DNA from: an uncultured Acidobacteriota bacterium
GTDB lineage: Bacteria > Actinomycetota > Acidimicrobiia > Spongiisociales > ZC4RG35
Direction: 5' to 3'
Assembly: GCA_963828465.1 (NCBI GenBank)
Contig: CAWHEU010000028.1
Coordinates: forward strand, 1-54,592
Length of the DNA stretch: 54,592 nt
Shown here: piece after piece, positions 18,600 through 29,074 of the stretch
Numbering within the stretch: the stretch's first letter is position 1
Layout of the letters: each line of letters starts with the position of its first letter
Translations under genes and position numbers: made by a program
Notes under the pieces: generated by a model
Databases searched by the model: none
What the model saw: only the letters and a program-made list of their open reading frames with translations
Told to the model about the DNA's origin: nothing

Positions 18600-20627
18600 C
18601 TATATCACGAATACGAACAAGACGATCAGGGCCAGGGCACCCCCGACGAAACCGGCCGCATATTGCTGGATCCGGCCGGTCTGCATCTTGCGCAGCGCCG
18701 ACCCGGCCCCATCTGCTCCGGCACCCAAACCATGGACCACTCCGTCCACCCCCCGCTGGTCCACCACTCCGTACACGAACGAGCCGAGGCTCTTGGTCAG
18801 GAATGCCGCACCGTTGACGATCGAGTCGATCACGTAGTCGTTGACCCAGTTGACGAACCGGGCCACCGGGCCCATCGTCCCCGCGGTGATGCCGTCCGCC
18901 AGGTCATCCACGTAGTACTTGTTCCGCAAGAGCGGATAGAGGGCCGGGACCTCGAATCGGTCGCGCTCCGCCTGGGTCGCCCGGTCCTTACCCCAGACCA
19001 TCCAGCCCAAGGCGATTCCGAGCAATGCGGCGAACAAGCCGCTCCCGGCCAGCACGAGATCGATCGCCTCGGCGTGCTCGTCGCCCATCGGGACGACCCG
19101 CACAGCCAGCCACTCGCTGAAGTTTCCGATGCCCGGGATCTCCCAGCCAGGAACATTGAAGAAGCCGAAGAGAATCGACGGGATGGCAAGGGCCACCAAC
19201 GGCACGGTCATGATTGCCGGGGATTCGTGCGGATGGCCGTGTCCCTTGTACTCACCATGGAAGGTGAGGGCCACCGCCCGGGTCATGTAGAAAGCGGTGA
19301 CGAAGGCGCCGGCGATGGCGATCCACATCACGGCGACGTAGCCCTCGTGACCGAGGGCAACCAAGATCTCGTCCTTCGACCAGAACCCGGCGAGCGGCAG
19401 GATCCCCGCCAGCGAGAGGGAGCCCACGACAAAGGTCCAATAGGTCCTCGGCATCGCCTTGCGGAGCCCGCCCATGTCGCTCATGTTGTTGGAGTGCACG
19501 GCGTGGATCACTGAACCGGCACCGAGGAAGAGGAGTGCCTTGAAGAAGGCGTGCGTGAAGAGGTGGAAGAGCCCGGCCGTGTACCCGCCGGCTGCCACCG
19601 CAGTCATCATGTACCCGAGCTGGGACACCGTCGAGTAGGCGAGAACCTTCTTGATGTCGTCAGCGACCAGAGCAAGCAGACCGATGGCGAAGAGAGTGAT
19701 CGCCCCGATAGCCACCATCCAGGGCCGGATGTCCGAGGCGAGATACTCGAATAGTGGGAACACGCGTCCCATCAAGTAGACGCCGGCCGTGACCATCGTG
19801 GCCGCGTGCATCAGAGCCGACACTGGGGTAGGCCCTGCCATCGCATCCGGCAACCAGATGTGAAGCGGGAATTGGGCGCTCTTTCCCATCGCTCCGAAGA
19901 AGAGGAGCGCCCCACCGACGACTGCGACGGCCCCCAGGGGCTCGGATTGGTCGAAAGCAGCCGTGCTCATGTCGAAGAAATCGAACGTGCCAATGGCCAG
20001 GCCGAGGATGATCGCCCCGAGGATCAGCCCGACGTCGGCGACCTTGTTGACCATGAACGCCTTGTTGCCGGCGTTCACGTTGGCCATGTCCTCCCAGTAG
20101 AAGCCGATCAGGAAGTAGGAGGCCAGGCCCACGCCCTCCCACCCGATGATCAGCTGGATGAGGTTGGGGGCGCCCACCAGGATGAGCATCGAGCCGGCAA
20201 AGAGGGAGAAAGCAGCGAAGAACCAGTCGACCCTGATGTCGTCCTTCATGTAGCCAACCGCGTAGATGAACACGATCAGGCCCACCACGTTGACGAGGAA
20301 ATACATCATGATCGACAGGCCGTCGACCGCCCATCCCAGCTCGAAGACGAGATCGCTCCCGATCCGGGCGATCTCGAAGGTCTTCTGTGCGAGCACGCCC
20401 TCGGTCATGTTCATCACGAACAGCACCGTCGCCCAGAGGCTGTTGATGGCCAGGGCGGCGATGGCGATCTCGGCTCCGTGAAACTTCATCCTCTTACCGA
20501 CAGCGAGAATGAGCAGGAAGGCGGCCAGCGGGAGGACCAGCATGATTCCGGCCGTGTCGACCCAGAACCCCCCGGTGACACCTGCCTCTACCGCGTGCTC
20601 GGCCTCGGTGGCTACTACCCAGGTCAT
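18600..20627 (-). CDS. nuoL: NADH-quinone oxidoreductase subunit L (operon 1)
   Basis: [58 protein letters not shown]. Confidence 0.95.
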   Translation of the reverse strand: MTWVVATEAEHAVEAGVTGGFWVDTAGIMLVLPLAAFLLILAVGKRMKFHGAEIAIAALAINSLWATVLFVMNMTEGVLAQKTFEIARIGSDLVFELGWAVDGLSIMMYFLVNVVGLIVFIYAVGYMKDDIRVDWFFAAFSLFAGSMLILVGAPNLIQLIIGWEGVGLASYFLIGFYWEDMANVNAGNKAFMVNKVADVGLILGAIILGLAIGTFDFFDMSTAAFDQSEPLGAVAVVGGALLFFGAMGKSAQFPLHIWLPDAMAGPTPVSALMHAATMVTAGVYLMGRVFPLFEYLASDIRPWMVAIGAITLFAIGLLALVADDIKKVLAYSTVSQLGYMMTAVAAGGYTAGLFHLFTHAFFKALLFLGAGSVIHAVHSNNMSDMGGLRKAMPRTYWTFVVGSLSLAGILPLAGFWSKDEILVALGHEGYVAVMWIAIAGAFVTAFYMTRAVALTFHGEYKGHGHPHESPAIMTVPLVALAIPSILFGFFNVPGWEIPGIGNFSEWLAVRVVPMGDEHAEAIDLVLAGSGLFAALLGIALGWMVWGKDRATQAERDRFEVPALYPLLRNKYYVDDLADGITAGTMGPVARFVNWVNDYVIDSIVNGAAFLTKSLGSFVYGVVDQRGVDGVVHGLGAGADGAGSALRKMQTGRIQQYAAGFVGGALALIVLFVFVI

Positions 20628-20629
20628 CC

Positions 20630-20935
20630 CTACCACCGCATCAGATGGAGTTCGTCGACATTGGCCGACTTCCGGTTGCGGAAGATCATCAAGACGATGG
20701 CGAGGCCGATTCCCACTTCGGCGGCGGCGACGGTGATCACGAACACGGCGAAGACCTGGCCGATGGCCTCGGAGGTCCTGAGCACCGCTTCGAAGGCGAT
20801 GAGGTTGATGTTGACCGCGGCCAGCATCAGCTCGACCGAGAGCAGGATCAGGACGATGTTGCGCCGCACCAGCAAGCCGTAGATGCCCAGCGAGAACATC
20901 GCGGCGGCCAGGATCAGGAACTGATTCAGGAGCAT
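20630..20935 (-). CDS. nuoK: NADH-quinone oxidoreductase subunit K (operon 1)
   Basis: RRNIVLILLSVELML, VAAAEVGIGLA. Confidence 0.95.
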   Translation of the reverse strand: MLLNQFLILAAAMFSLGIYGLLVRRNIVLILLSVELMLAAVNINLIAFEAVLRTSEAIGQVFAVFVITVAAAEVGIGLAIVLMIFRNRKSANVDELHLMRW

Positions 20936-21486
20936 CAGACGGCTCCCCGCTGTTCTTCCTCGAGAGGGCTCAGGTCTCGGCGGGCGATGGTGACCCCTCC
21001 GATCAGGGCGGCCAGGAGGATGAAGGAGACCACCTCGAAGGGGATGACGAACCGGCCCAGCAGGGCCAGTCCGAGGACCTCGGTCGAGGTCGCCTCACCC
21101 AGGTCCGCAATCTCGGTGGTTCCGAAAGCATCGAGAGACGCCCAGCCGAGGAGCAGGAAGGTGGCGCCGGAGAGAATGGCGGGCCACAGCTTGTTCGACG
21201 AGTCGAGCCCCACATCTTTCCCGGTCGGGGCCCGGGTGATCATGATCCCGAAGAGGAAGAGGACAAGGACCGCCCCGATGTAGACCAGGACCACCACCCA
21301 GGCGACGAACTCGGCAGACAGCATCAGGAAAAGGACGGCGGTACCACCCAGGGCCGCGACGAGGAACAAGGCGGCGTGCACCACGTTCTTGGCAGTCACC
21401 ACTTTCAGCGCCGAAAGCAACGTCAAGAATCCGACGACCAGGAACACCCAGTTGACGGGTGCGCCGATCCAGTCAGCGAAGCTCAC
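20935..21486 (-). CDS. nuoJ: NADH-quinone oxidoreductase subunit J (operon 1)
   Basis: [41 protein letters not shown]; GTG start overlapping nuoI stop. Confidence 0.92.
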   Translation of the reverse strand: MSFADWIGAPVNWVFLVVGFLTLLSALKVVTAKNVVHAALFLVAALGGTAVLFLMLSAEFVAWVVVLVYIGAVLVLFLFGIMITRAPTGKDVGLDSSNKLWPAILSGATFLLLGWASLDAFGTTEIADLGEATSTEVLGLALLGRFVIPFEVVSFILLAALIGGVTIARRDLSPLEEEQRGAV

Positions 21487-21989
21487 TTCTCCAACTCCGG
21501 GTCTGGCGGCACCGTCTCGAGCCAGTCCTGAAGACGGTCCATGTCGTGGAGCATCTCTCCCATCTGGGTCTCGGAGTACTCGTACTCGGGCGACCAGAAC
21601 AAGGCGTCGAACGGGCAGACCTCGACACAGATCCCGCAGTACATGCACAGTGCGTAATCGATGTCGAAGCGATCGAGGGTGGCCCGAACCTTCACCCGCC
21701 CACCCGGGGTGGACGGCGCCTGCTCCTCCTTGTGCCCCTCGATGTAGATGCACCAGTCCGGGCAGTTGCGAGCGCAGAGCATGCAGACCGTGCACGCCTC
21801 CTGGTCCAGGGCGATGACACCCCGCGCCCGGGGCACCGGGGTCTCCTTGACCTTGGGATAGTTGACGGTGGCCAGGTACTTCCCGGGGCGGAAGATGGTT
21901 CGGAACATCGTGTAAATGGTGACCCATAGGCCTTTGACCATCCCCATGCCCGGGAACACCCGTCGCTTGGTGGGCGTAGTCGTGGTCAC
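21483..21989 (-). CDS. nuoI: NADH-quinone oxidoreductase subunit I (operon 1)
   Basis: Two 4Fe-4S motifs [12 protein letters not shown] and [12 protein letters not shown]. Confidence 0.93.
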   Translation of the reverse strand: MTTTTPTKRRVFPGMGMVKGLWVTIYTMFRTIFRPGKYLATVNYPKVKETPVPRARGVIALDQEACTVCMLCARNCPDWCIYIEGHKEEQAPSTPGGRVKVRATLDRFDIDYALCMYCGICVEVCPFDALFWSPEYEYSETQMGEMLHDMDRLQDWLETVPPDPELEK

Positions 21990-22993
21990 AGATACACCTT
22001 GAATGCCCCGGTCAAGAGAATGTTGGCCAGCGCCAACGGAATGAGCACCTTCCAGGCCAGGTTCTGGAGCTGGTCCTCGCGGAACCGGGGGAAGGTCCAA
22101 CGGAACCAGATCATGGTGAAGACGAGGAGGGAGGTCTTGCCGATGAGGATCACCGGCCCGGCGTAGGCAAGCACGTCCTCGGGTATCCCGGGCAGCCAGT
22201 AACCACCGAGGAAGAGGGTCACCGCGATCGCAGACAGAGAGAACATGTTGGCGAACTCGGCCAGGAAGAAGAACAAGAACCGGAACCCGGAGTACTCGGT
22301 GAGATAGCCCATCACCAACTCGGATTCGGCGATCGGCATGTCGAAGGGGATCCGGCTCAACTCGGCGAGCGCGGCGATCATGAAGATCCCGAAGCCGATG
22401 AACTGCAGGATCACGTATGGGTACCCGGCCGAGATCTGGGCCTCGACGATCCCGCTCATGCTCATGGTGCCCGCCAACATGACCGACCCGATCACTGCAA
22501 GGACCAGAGGCAGCTCGTAGGCGATGAGCTGGCCGGCCGCCCTGAGCCCGCCCATCAGGGAGTACTTGTTACCCGACGACCATCCCGCCATCAGGACCCC
22601 GACCGTGCTCAGGGAGGAGATGGCGAGGGCGTAGAAGATCCCGACCTCGAGGTCGCGAAAGATCAGCCCAGGCCCGAACGGGATGATGACCAGCACGGCG
22701 ACCGTGCTGACCAGCACCAGAACCGGGGCGATCTTGAACACGGGGCGGTCGGCCTCGTCAGGGACCAGATCCTCTTTCTGGAAGAACTTGACTCCGTCGG
22801 CGATGAGCTGTGCCCAACCCCACCGGCCACCGGCGAAGTAGGGGCCGACCCTGGCTTGCATCTTGGCCGACAGCTTCATCTCGGCGTACCCGATGACCAT
22901 GCCGATCAGCGGGATCATGAGGGCAACCAGCAAGAGCTTGCCGGTGAGGGATACCCAGAAGTTGGAGAAGAGGTCGGTGACGAACTGGGTCAT
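21986..22993 (-). CDS. nuoH: NADH-quinone oxidoreductase subunit H (operon 1)
   Basis: [58 protein letters not shown]. Confidence 0.95.
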   Translation of the reverse strand: MTQFVTDLFSNFWVSLTGKLLLVALMIPLIGMVIGYAEMKLSAKMQARVGPYFAGGRWGWAQLIADGVKFFQKEDLVPDEADRPVFKIAPVLVLVSTVAVLVIIPFGPGLIFRDLEVGIFYALAISSLSTVGVLMAGWSSGNKYSLMGGLRAAGQLIAYELPLVLAVIGSVMLAGTMSMSGIVEAQISAGYPYVILQFIGFGIFMIAALAELSRIPFDMPIAESELVMGYLTEYSGFRFLFFFLAEFANMFSLSAIAVTLFLGGYWLPGIPEDVLAYAGPVILIGKTSLLVFTMIWFRWTFPRFREDQLQNLAWKVLIPLALANILLTGAFKVYL

Positions 22994-24180
22994 CGGTCCA
23001 CGTCTCCCAGCACGAAATCGAGACTCCCCATGATGGCGATGATGTCGGGGACCAGCACGCCTTCGAGGATCCAGGGGAGGATCGAGATGTTGGAGAAGCT
23101 GGCCGAGCGGATCTTGAGCCGATAGGGCCCCTGATTGCCATTCGAGACGAGGTAGTAGCCCATCTCCCCCTTCGGGTTTTCCGCCCTGACGTATGTCTCC
23201 CCTTGCGGGACCTTGATCACCTTGGGAACCTTGGCCTGGAGGGGGCCGGAGGGGATGCCGTCGATGGCTTGCTGCACGATGCGGACCGACTGCCGGATCT
23301 CGAGGAGACGGACGTGCCACCGGTCCCAGCAATCCCCGCTCTCTCCAACCGGGATCTCGAAATCGAAGAGGTGATACGGCAGATAGTCCTCGATCTTGCG
23401 AAGGTCGAACTTCACTCCCGAGGCACGGAGATTTGGCCCCGAAACCCCGTACGAGGCCGCCACCTCAGGCGGGAGGATCCCGATCCCTTTGGTGCGGGCC
23501 AGGATGATCTCGTTGTCCGCGACCAGTTCCTCCAGCTCGTCGACAGCCTCCAGGACCTTGTCCATCGCATCCCGGGTCTCGGCCAGGAACCCGGCAGGCA
23601 GGTCCTGGATGACTTTGCGGGTGCTGGAGCCAGACCCGTAGGCGGGCTTGACACCGCCGATCCGGTTGAAGTTGGGGTGGAACCGGCCGCCGGTCACCCC
23701 CTCTAGGAGGTCGAGCACCCGCTCCCGCTCTCTGAGGGCGAAGAAGAGCGGCGTGGCGGCGCCCAACTCGAGGGGATAGGAGGCCATGAAGATGAGATGG
23801 GAGGAGATGCGAGCCATCTCGGTGAGGATCAGCCTTATGAACTGAGCCCTCTCCGGGACCTCGATGCCAAGCAGCTTCTCGGCGGCCACGATGAAAGGGA
23901 CCTCGTTGGCATAGCCGGACACCCAGTCGATGCGGTTGACCAGGGTGGTGATCTGCGGGTAGGTCCTGACTTCGGCGAGCTTCTCGTAACCGCGGTGCAT
24001 GTAGCCGATCACCGGCTGGACATCGAAGGCACGCTCGCCGTCCACCCGGGCGACAAGCCGGAGCACCCCATGGGTCGATGGATGCTGGGGCCCGATGTTG
24101 AGAGTCATCTCTTCGGTCTCCAGCTCCACTGATACCGATGACTCGGAGAGGTGGCGCACCAGGTCCTGATCCAGCACCAT
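22990..24180 (-). CDS. nuoD: NADH-quinone oxidoreductase subunit D (operon 1)
   Basis: [44 protein letters not shown]; no NiFe-binding CxxC motifs. Confidence 0.95.
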   Translation of the reverse strand: MVLDQDLVRHLSESSVSVELETEEMTLNIGPQHPSTHGVLRLVARVDGERAFDVQPVIGYMHRGYEKLAEVRTYPQITTLVNRIDWVSGYANEVPFIVAAEKLLGIEVPERAQFIRLILTEMARISSHLIFMASYPLELGAATPLFFALRERERVLDLLEGVTGGRFHPNFNRIGGVKPAYGSGSSTRKVIQDLPAGFLAETRDAMDKVLEAVDELEELVADNEIILARTKGIGILPPEVAASYGVSGPNLRASGVKFDLRKIEDYLPYHLFDFEIPVGESGDCWDRWHVRLLEIRQSVRIVQQAIDGIPSGPLQAKVPKVIKVPQGETYVRAENPKGEMGYYLVSNGNQGPYRLKIRSASFSNISILPWILEGVLVPDIIAIMGSLDFVLGDVDR

Positions 24181-24181
24181 G

Positions 24182-24820
24182 TCAGGCCTCCGGGTTCTCT
24201 TCCGAGGGGCCATCGGCGGGTTCTTCCTCGTCGCCACTGCCGGGCATTGCCTCGACGTCGACCGTTCCTGGCCAGGGCTTCACCTCACGGCTGAGCAGCG
24301 GGAAGCTCTTGCGGAGCGGGTTGCCCTGAAAGGCGTCGGGAAGGTAGAGGTGGATCAGGTTGGGATGCCCGTCGAAGTCGATGCCGAACATCTCGTAGGC
24401 CTCACGCTCGTGCCAGTTGGCCCCGGCAAACACCTCGACGAGGCTCGCGATCGACGGCGAATCCTTGGACAGTGTGGTGGAGAAGGTGACCCGACGGCCC
24501 TCGCTGATATCACTCAACGTGGCCAATACCTCGAAGCGATCGTCGACCTCACCGGGGAAGGGGTCGCCTACCTCGACCTCGGACGCCCAGTCGACGGCGG
24601 ACAGCCAGGAGAAAAAGATGAGGCCGAGGTCGTCTCTCGCCGTGGTGAGGGCAGGAACCCATCGATCCGCGGGCACCTCGACTTTCACCGTGTCGAAGGT
24701 GATCGTGGCTGTCCCTTCTACTGCCTCTGCCACCCGATCGGCGTACTCCTGGAGTGGATGCACCGTCGGGGTCTCGACGGCCTCGTTGGCTGTGTCGGTG
24801 TCAGACGGGCTCGAGGTCAC
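24182..24820 (-). CDS. nuoC: NADH-quinone oxidoreductase subunit C (operon 1)
   Basis: [35 protein letters not shown]. Confidence 0.93.
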   Translation of the reverse strand: MTSSPSDTDTANEAVETPTVHPLQEYADRVAEAVEGTATITFDTVKVEVPADRWVPALTTARDDLGLIFFSWLSAVDWASEVEVGDPFPGEVDDRFEVLATLSDISEGRRVTFSTTLSKDSPSIASLVEVFAGANWHEREAYEMFGIDFDGHPNLIHLYLPDAFQGNPLRKSFPLLSREVKPWPGTVDVEAMPGSGDEEEPADGPSEENPEA

Positions 24821-25298
24821 GCCGGCTCCACTTCTCTTTGATGTCCTCCCCCTGGATCTTCTTCTGAAGCAAGACGATCCCATCCATGAGGGCCTCAGGG
24901 CGTGGCGGGCAACCCGGCACATAGACGTCGACCGGTATCACCTGATCCACGCCCTTCGTCACCGAATACGAGTCCCAATAGGGGCCGCCGCAGTTGGCGC
25001 ACGAGCCCATCGAGATGACGTACTTCGGATCGGGCATCTGGTCGTAGAGACGGCGGATGGCCGGAGCCATCTTGTCGGTCACGGTGCCCGCCACCACCAT
25101 GAGGTCGGCCTGGCGCGGTGAGGCCGGCAACGGGATGATCCCGAATCGCATGAAGTCGTAGCGTGGGCCCGACGCCGCCATCAACTCGATGGCACAACAG
25201 GCCAGACCGAACTGGAACAGCCAGAGAGAGTATTTCCGGGACCAGTTGAGAAGCCAGCTCACCGGCTTCGGGGCCCCGAACTTCTGGACTACTCCCAC
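24801..25298 (-). CDS. nuoB: NADH-quinone oxidoreductase subunit B (operon 1)
   Basis: [42 protein letters not shown]. Confidence 0.95.
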   Translation of the reverse strand: MGVVQKFGAPKPVSWLLNWSRKYSLWLFQFGLACCAIELMAASGPRYDFMRFGIIPLPASPRQADLMVVAGTVTDKMAPAIRRLYDQMPDPKYVISMGSCANCGGPYWDSYSVTKGVDQVIPVDVYVPGCPPRPEALMDGIVLLQKKIQGEDIKEKWSRRDLEPV

Positions 25299-25654
25299 CG
25301 GAGCACTCCCTTGCGGACGGCGTAGACCAGTCCCAGGATGAGGATGGCGATGAAGATGAACATCTCGACCAGCCCGAATGTGCCGAGCTGCTCGAGGACG
25401 ATCGCCCAGGGGAAGATGAAGACGGCCTCGACGTCGAAGATGACAAAGAGGAGGCCGTACACGTAATAGCGGACATAGCTCTGGCTCCATCCTGAGCCGA
25501 CCGGGTCCACCCCGCATTCGTAGGTCAGGCGTTTGGTGGTGGTGGGATTGGTGGGTCGGAGCACCGCGGCCACACCGAGCATCACCATCACGAGGATGGC
25601 GCCCAGCACGGCGAAAGCGCCGACCGTCAGATAGCTCTCAAAGTAAGGGCTCAT
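25289..25654 (-). CDS. nuoA: NADH-quinone oxidoreductase subunit A (operon 1)
   Basis: [36 protein letters not shown]. Confidence 0.95.
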   Translation of the reverse strand: MSPYFESYLTVGAFAVLGAILVMVMLGVAAVLRPTNPTTTKRLTYECGVDPVGSGWSQSYVRYYVYGLLFVIFDVEAVFIFPWAIVLEQLGTFGLVEMFIFIAILILGLVYAVRKGVLRWE

Positions 25655-25775
25655 GCTCTGTGAGGGTCGAAGGACACCACCGCGGGCGAGTATACGCACG
25701 GGTCGTTTCACGTCGAAGTTTGGAAACTCCAACTGGTATGGGCAAAAACGGTCAGGCAGGCCCTAGCCTGCATCG

Positions 25776-26858
25776 ATGGCGGACCCCCCCTCCTATGACT
25801 CCCGAGGTCTGGTGAACCTCGTCGCGGAAGTCGAGTCGAGGTTGATCGGAAGCTCACCTTCCCCGCGGCTCGACCCGATGATCGGCGAGTCGATACCCGA
25901 TGGAGCCACGTATGTCGTCGTCATGTTCGATGGCCTCGGTATCGCCCAACTCGACCACGAAATGGCGCGATCTCTGCGCGAATCGCTGCAGACGACCCTG
26001 CACGCTCCTTTCCCGAGTACCACTAGCGTCGCCCTGGCCACCGTTGCAACCGGCCTGGCCCCGTCTCAGCACGGGCTGATCTCCCATCTCTGCTGGCTCG
26101 AGGAGACTGGCAGCGTCGTCAACACGCTGAAGTGGGTGGACGTCGCCGGTCAGCCGGTCCACCACGACTATGGCTCGTTCCTCCCGGGGCCCAACCTCTG
26201 GGAGCGTCTCCGACGTGCCGGCGTCGAGCCGATCACCGTCCAGCCGGAGCCATTCGTGGGGAGCCCGCTGTCCCGGCTGACCTACCGGGGAGCCCGCTTC
26301 GAGCGGACCTGGGACGACCACGACCTTGCAGAGGCGACGGTTCAACTCGCCGCCGAGCCGAACCGTCTGATCTTCACCTATTACTGGCCGGTCGACTACG
26401 CCGGGCACGTTCACGGGCTCGACTCGGACGAGTTCGCCGAGGCTCTCCGGCTGGCGACCAATCTCTGGGAGGAGATCGTCTCGAGGGCGCCGCCCAACGT
26501 CACCATCGTCGGGACGGCCGATCATGGGCTCATTGGTTACGCCGATGAGGACAAGATCCTGATTCGTGACAAAGCCTTCCAATCGCTGAGGTACTCAGGC
26601 GATCCGAGGGGTGTCCATGTTTGGGGTAGCGGAGCGTTGGTGGACCTATTGGCCGAGCAGACCGGAGCCGAGATCAGCGATCCGCTTGCTCTACTCGGGC
26701 CTGAGCCTGGTCCGGCGGCCCGCGCCAGAGCGGGAGAGGCACTCCTCCTGGCACCACCGGGCAAAGTGCTCCTACCTCCCGGGTTCGACAAGCGTCTCCA
26801 CGCCTATCACGGTGGTCTCGCCGTTGATGAAATCGAGATTCCCCTCCTCGTCGGCTGA
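25776..26858 (+). CDS. Alkaline phosphatase superfamily protein (nucleotide pyrophosphatase/phosphodiesterase-like)
   Basis: VVVMFDGLG, FPSTT, VDYAGHVHG, TADHG, YHGG metal-binding motifs. Confidence 0.88.
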   Translation: MADPPSYDSRGLVNLVAEVESRLIGSSPSPRLDPMIGESIPDGATYVVVMFDGLGIAQLDHEMARSLRESLQTTLHAPFPSTTSVALATVATGLAPSQHGLISHLCWLEETGSVVNTLKWVDVAGQPVHHDYGSFLPGPNLWERLRRAGVEPITVQPEPFVGSPLSRLTYRGARFERTWDDHDLAEATVQLAAEPNRLIFTYYWPVDYAGHVHGLDSDEFAEALRLATNLWEEIVSRAPPNVTIVGTADHGLIGYADEDKILIRDKAFQSLRYSGDPRGVHVWGSGALVDLLAEQTGAEISDPLALLGPEPGPAARARAGEALLLAPPGKVLLPPGFDKRLHAYHGGLAVDEIEIPLLVG

Positions 26859-26866
26859 GCCACGCC

Positions 26867-26893
26867 GGTTTGCCCCGCCAAGCCGGGGGGTAG
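26867..26893 (+). promoter_or_regulatory. Candidate SigF/SigB-type promoter
   Basis: GGTTT (26867) -16 nt- GGGTAG (26888), 11 nt before ATG 26905. Confidence 0.6.
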
Positions 26894-26904
26894 GTAAAAA
26901 CCTC

Positions 26905-27294
26905 ATGCATGATCTGACCGGGACAGTCGTGGCCATCATCGATGACGCCGAGGAGGGGCGGGCCGCTGTCGCCGCGCTGGCCCAAGAGCAGTTCACGGCA
27001 GAGCTACTCCATGGCGAAGAGGGAAGGACACATCTGACCGAAGAGGACGAAAAGGGTCTGGCCGCCGTTGCCAAGAAGATCGCGCTCGCCTTCGGCGATG
27101 AGGTGCGCATCGTGGACCGGCTCGACAAGGCCCTCGAGAACGGTCGATCGGTGGTGTCGGTGGACGTCGAAGACGATGAAGAGCAAGCCGCTCAGGTCGC
27201 GAAGATTCTCGAAGAGCACGGCGGCCACGACATGTGGCGTCTGGGTGAGTGGAGCTTCAATCGGGTCGGGCCCGAGGGCTCTGGGGAGGGCTGA
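26905..27294 (+). CDS. Small acidic hypothetical protein (general-stress-protein-like)
   Basis: MHDLTGTVVAIIDDAEEGRAAVAAL...ALENGRSVVSVDV...AAQVAKILEEHGGH; coding-like composition, 4 nt before pfkB-like gene. Confidence 0.7.
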   Translation: MHDLTGTVVAIIDDAEEGRAAVAALAQEQFTAELLHGEEGRTHLTEEDEKGLAAVAKKIALAFGDEVRIVDRLDKALENGRSVVSVDVEDDEEQAAQVAKILEEHGGHDMWRLGEWSFNRVGPEGSGEG

Positions 27295-27298
27295 GCAC

Positions 27299-28246
27299 AT
27301 GGCTCGCGAAGACCACACCATCGCCATCTTCGCGCCTCACCTCACTCTCACAGTGACCATCGAGACAGGTCGGGAGGATGGACCCGACGACATCCACATC
27401 CATCCCGGGGGTCAGGGGTTCTGGGTGGCGCGCATGCTTCGGCACCTCAAAGAGAAGCCGCTCTTGTGCGGCCCGGTCGGAGGTGAGTCCGGTGGCGTCC
27501 TGCGGAGCCTCATCAGCCAATGGGGCATCGAACTGAGCCCGTTCGAGGTGCAAAAGAGCTCGCCCGCCATCGTCCAGGATCGTAGATCGGGTGACCGTGC
27601 TTCCATCGCCGAGGCTCCGGCGCCCGGCCTGAGCCGACACGAGCTCGATGACGCATATGGCAGGGTCCTCGACCATGCTCTGAGCTCAGAGGTCGTCGTG
27701 ATCACCGGCCAGCGATCTGAGATCGTCCCCGTCGACACTTACCGGCGCCTCGGTCACGATCTGGCGTCCGCTGAGGTGCCGGTGGTGGGAGACCTCCACG
27801 GCAACGAGCTGGAGGCGTTCCTGGAGGGCGGTCAGCTCGATCTCCTCAAGATCAGCGACGAGGACCTGATCGAGGACGGGAGGCTCGAGGGGGAAGATGA
27901 GGACATGGCGCTGGACCAGCTCCATCGTCTTCGAGAGTCGGGTGCCAAACGCGTGGTCATCTCTCGGGGCCCGCGACCGGCTCTGGCCCTGATCGAGGGC
28001 GTCACCTACCGGGTCACCGGTCCGGACCTGGAGCCGGCGGACTATCGCGGCGCCGGCGATTCCATGACCGCGGGCCTGGCTGCCGGGCTCCGACGCGGCC
28101 TCGGGGCCGAGGAATTGCTACGTCTCGGCTCGGGCGCAGGTGCGGCCAACGTGACACGCCACGGGCTGGGCAGCGCGTCCGACGACCTCATCCCCCGTCT
28201 AGCCGAGCGGGTCGTGATCGAGGCTCTGACCCCCCTCCCGCGATGA
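27299..28246 (+). CDS. PfkB family carbohydrate kinase (1-phosphofructokinase-like)
   Basis: HPGGQGFWVAR, GPVGGESG, RGAGDSMTAG signature, GAGAANV. Confidence 0.88.
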   Translation: MAREDHTIAIFAPHLTLTVTIETGREDGPDDIHIHPGGQGFWVARMLRHLKEKPLLCGPVGGESGGVLRSLISQWGIELSPFEVQKSSPAIVQDRRSGDRASIAEAPAPGLSRHELDDAYGRVLDHALSSEVVVITGQRSEIVPVDTYRRLGHDLASAEVPVVGDLHGNELEAFLEGGQLDLLKISDEDLIEDGRLEGEDEDMALDQLHRLRESGAKRVVISRGPRPALALIEGVTYRVTGPDLEPADYRGAGDSMTAGLAAGLRRGLGAEELLRLGSGAGAANVTRHGLGSASDDLIPRLAERVVIEALTPLPR

Positions 28247-29004
28247 GCGATCTTCCCAGAGTCATCGTCACCAACGACGACGGGATCGATTCCCCTGGCC
28301 TCCGAATGCTCGCCGCCGCGCTGGCCGACGAGTTCGATGTCGTTGTGGCCGCCCCGGCCAGTGACATGTCCGGCAGCGGCACGGGTATCGGCGGATTCGA
28401 CCCGGTGAAAGGAGTCGACATGACCACGGTGGACATGGGAGGAATCACGGCATACACAATCGCCGGACCACCCGGTCTGGCCGTGATGGCGGCGGCGCTC
28501 GGTGCATTTGGCCGTTTCCCCGACCTCGTGGTGTCCGGAATCAACGCCGGCATGAACACCGGCCACTCGATCATTCATTCGGGCACAGTGGGGGCGGCGC
28601 TCACCGCCCGGACTTTCCGCAGTCGCGGCATCGCAATCAGCCTGGCCCAGTCCGATCCGTGGCAATGGGAGACGGCAGTCGAGGTCGGAGTCTCGGCCGC
28701 GCGCTGGCTCCTCGGCCGCACCGGGAGCCCGTATGTGCTCAACGTGAACGTGCCAGGGGTTCCGCTCTCGGAAGTCAACGGGATCCACTGGGCAGACCTG
28801 GACGAGTTCGGTTACTTCCGTGTGGCCAATGCCGACGTCGAGTACAGGAAGCTGCAATTCGTTGTGGGGTCGTCATCGGCCGGCACCGACCCGGCGACAG
28901 ACACCGCATTGTGCGCCAAGAACTTCGTGACGATGACCCCGCTGGCCACTATCGAGCCGGCCGGGTTCCCTGACCTGGATGCAAGCTCGGTCTGGAAGCC
29001 CTGA
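28243..29004 (+). CDS. surE: 5'/3'-nucleotidase SurE
   Basis: VTNDDGIDSPGL, VAAP..DMSGSG, DLVVSGINAG.N.G..IIHSGTVGAA. Confidence 0.9.
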   Translation: MSDLPRVIVTNDDGIDSPGLRMLAAALADEFDVVVAAPASDMSGSGTGIGGFDPVKGVDMTTVDMGGITAYTIAGPPGLAVMAAALGAFGRFPDLVVSGINAGMNTGHSIIHSGTVGAALTARTFRSRGIAISLAQSDPWQWETAVEVGVSAARWLLGRTGSPYVLNVNVPGVPLSEVNGIHWADLDEFGYFRVANADVEYRKLQFVVGSSSAGTDPATDTALCAKNFVTMTPLATIEPAGFPDLDASSVWKP

Positions 29005-29015
29005 GCCTCTATTTC

Positions 29016-29042
29016 GGTTTTGAGGACGGGGCGGAGGGGAAA
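29016..29042 (+). promoter_or_regulatory. Candidate SigF/SigB-type promoter
   Basis: GGTTT (29016) -16 nt- GGGAAA (29037), upstream of GGAGG RBS and ATG 29075. Confidence 0.5.
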
Positions 29043-29074
29043 GACCCTCACACCAGACAACCCGGAGGTATTCG

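Noticed and set aside
15483-25654. Group 4 NiFe hydrogenase or Mrp antiporter interpretation
   Set aside because: NuoD lacks both CxxC Ni-binding motifs; nuoA, J, K, H and the gene order are complex I-type
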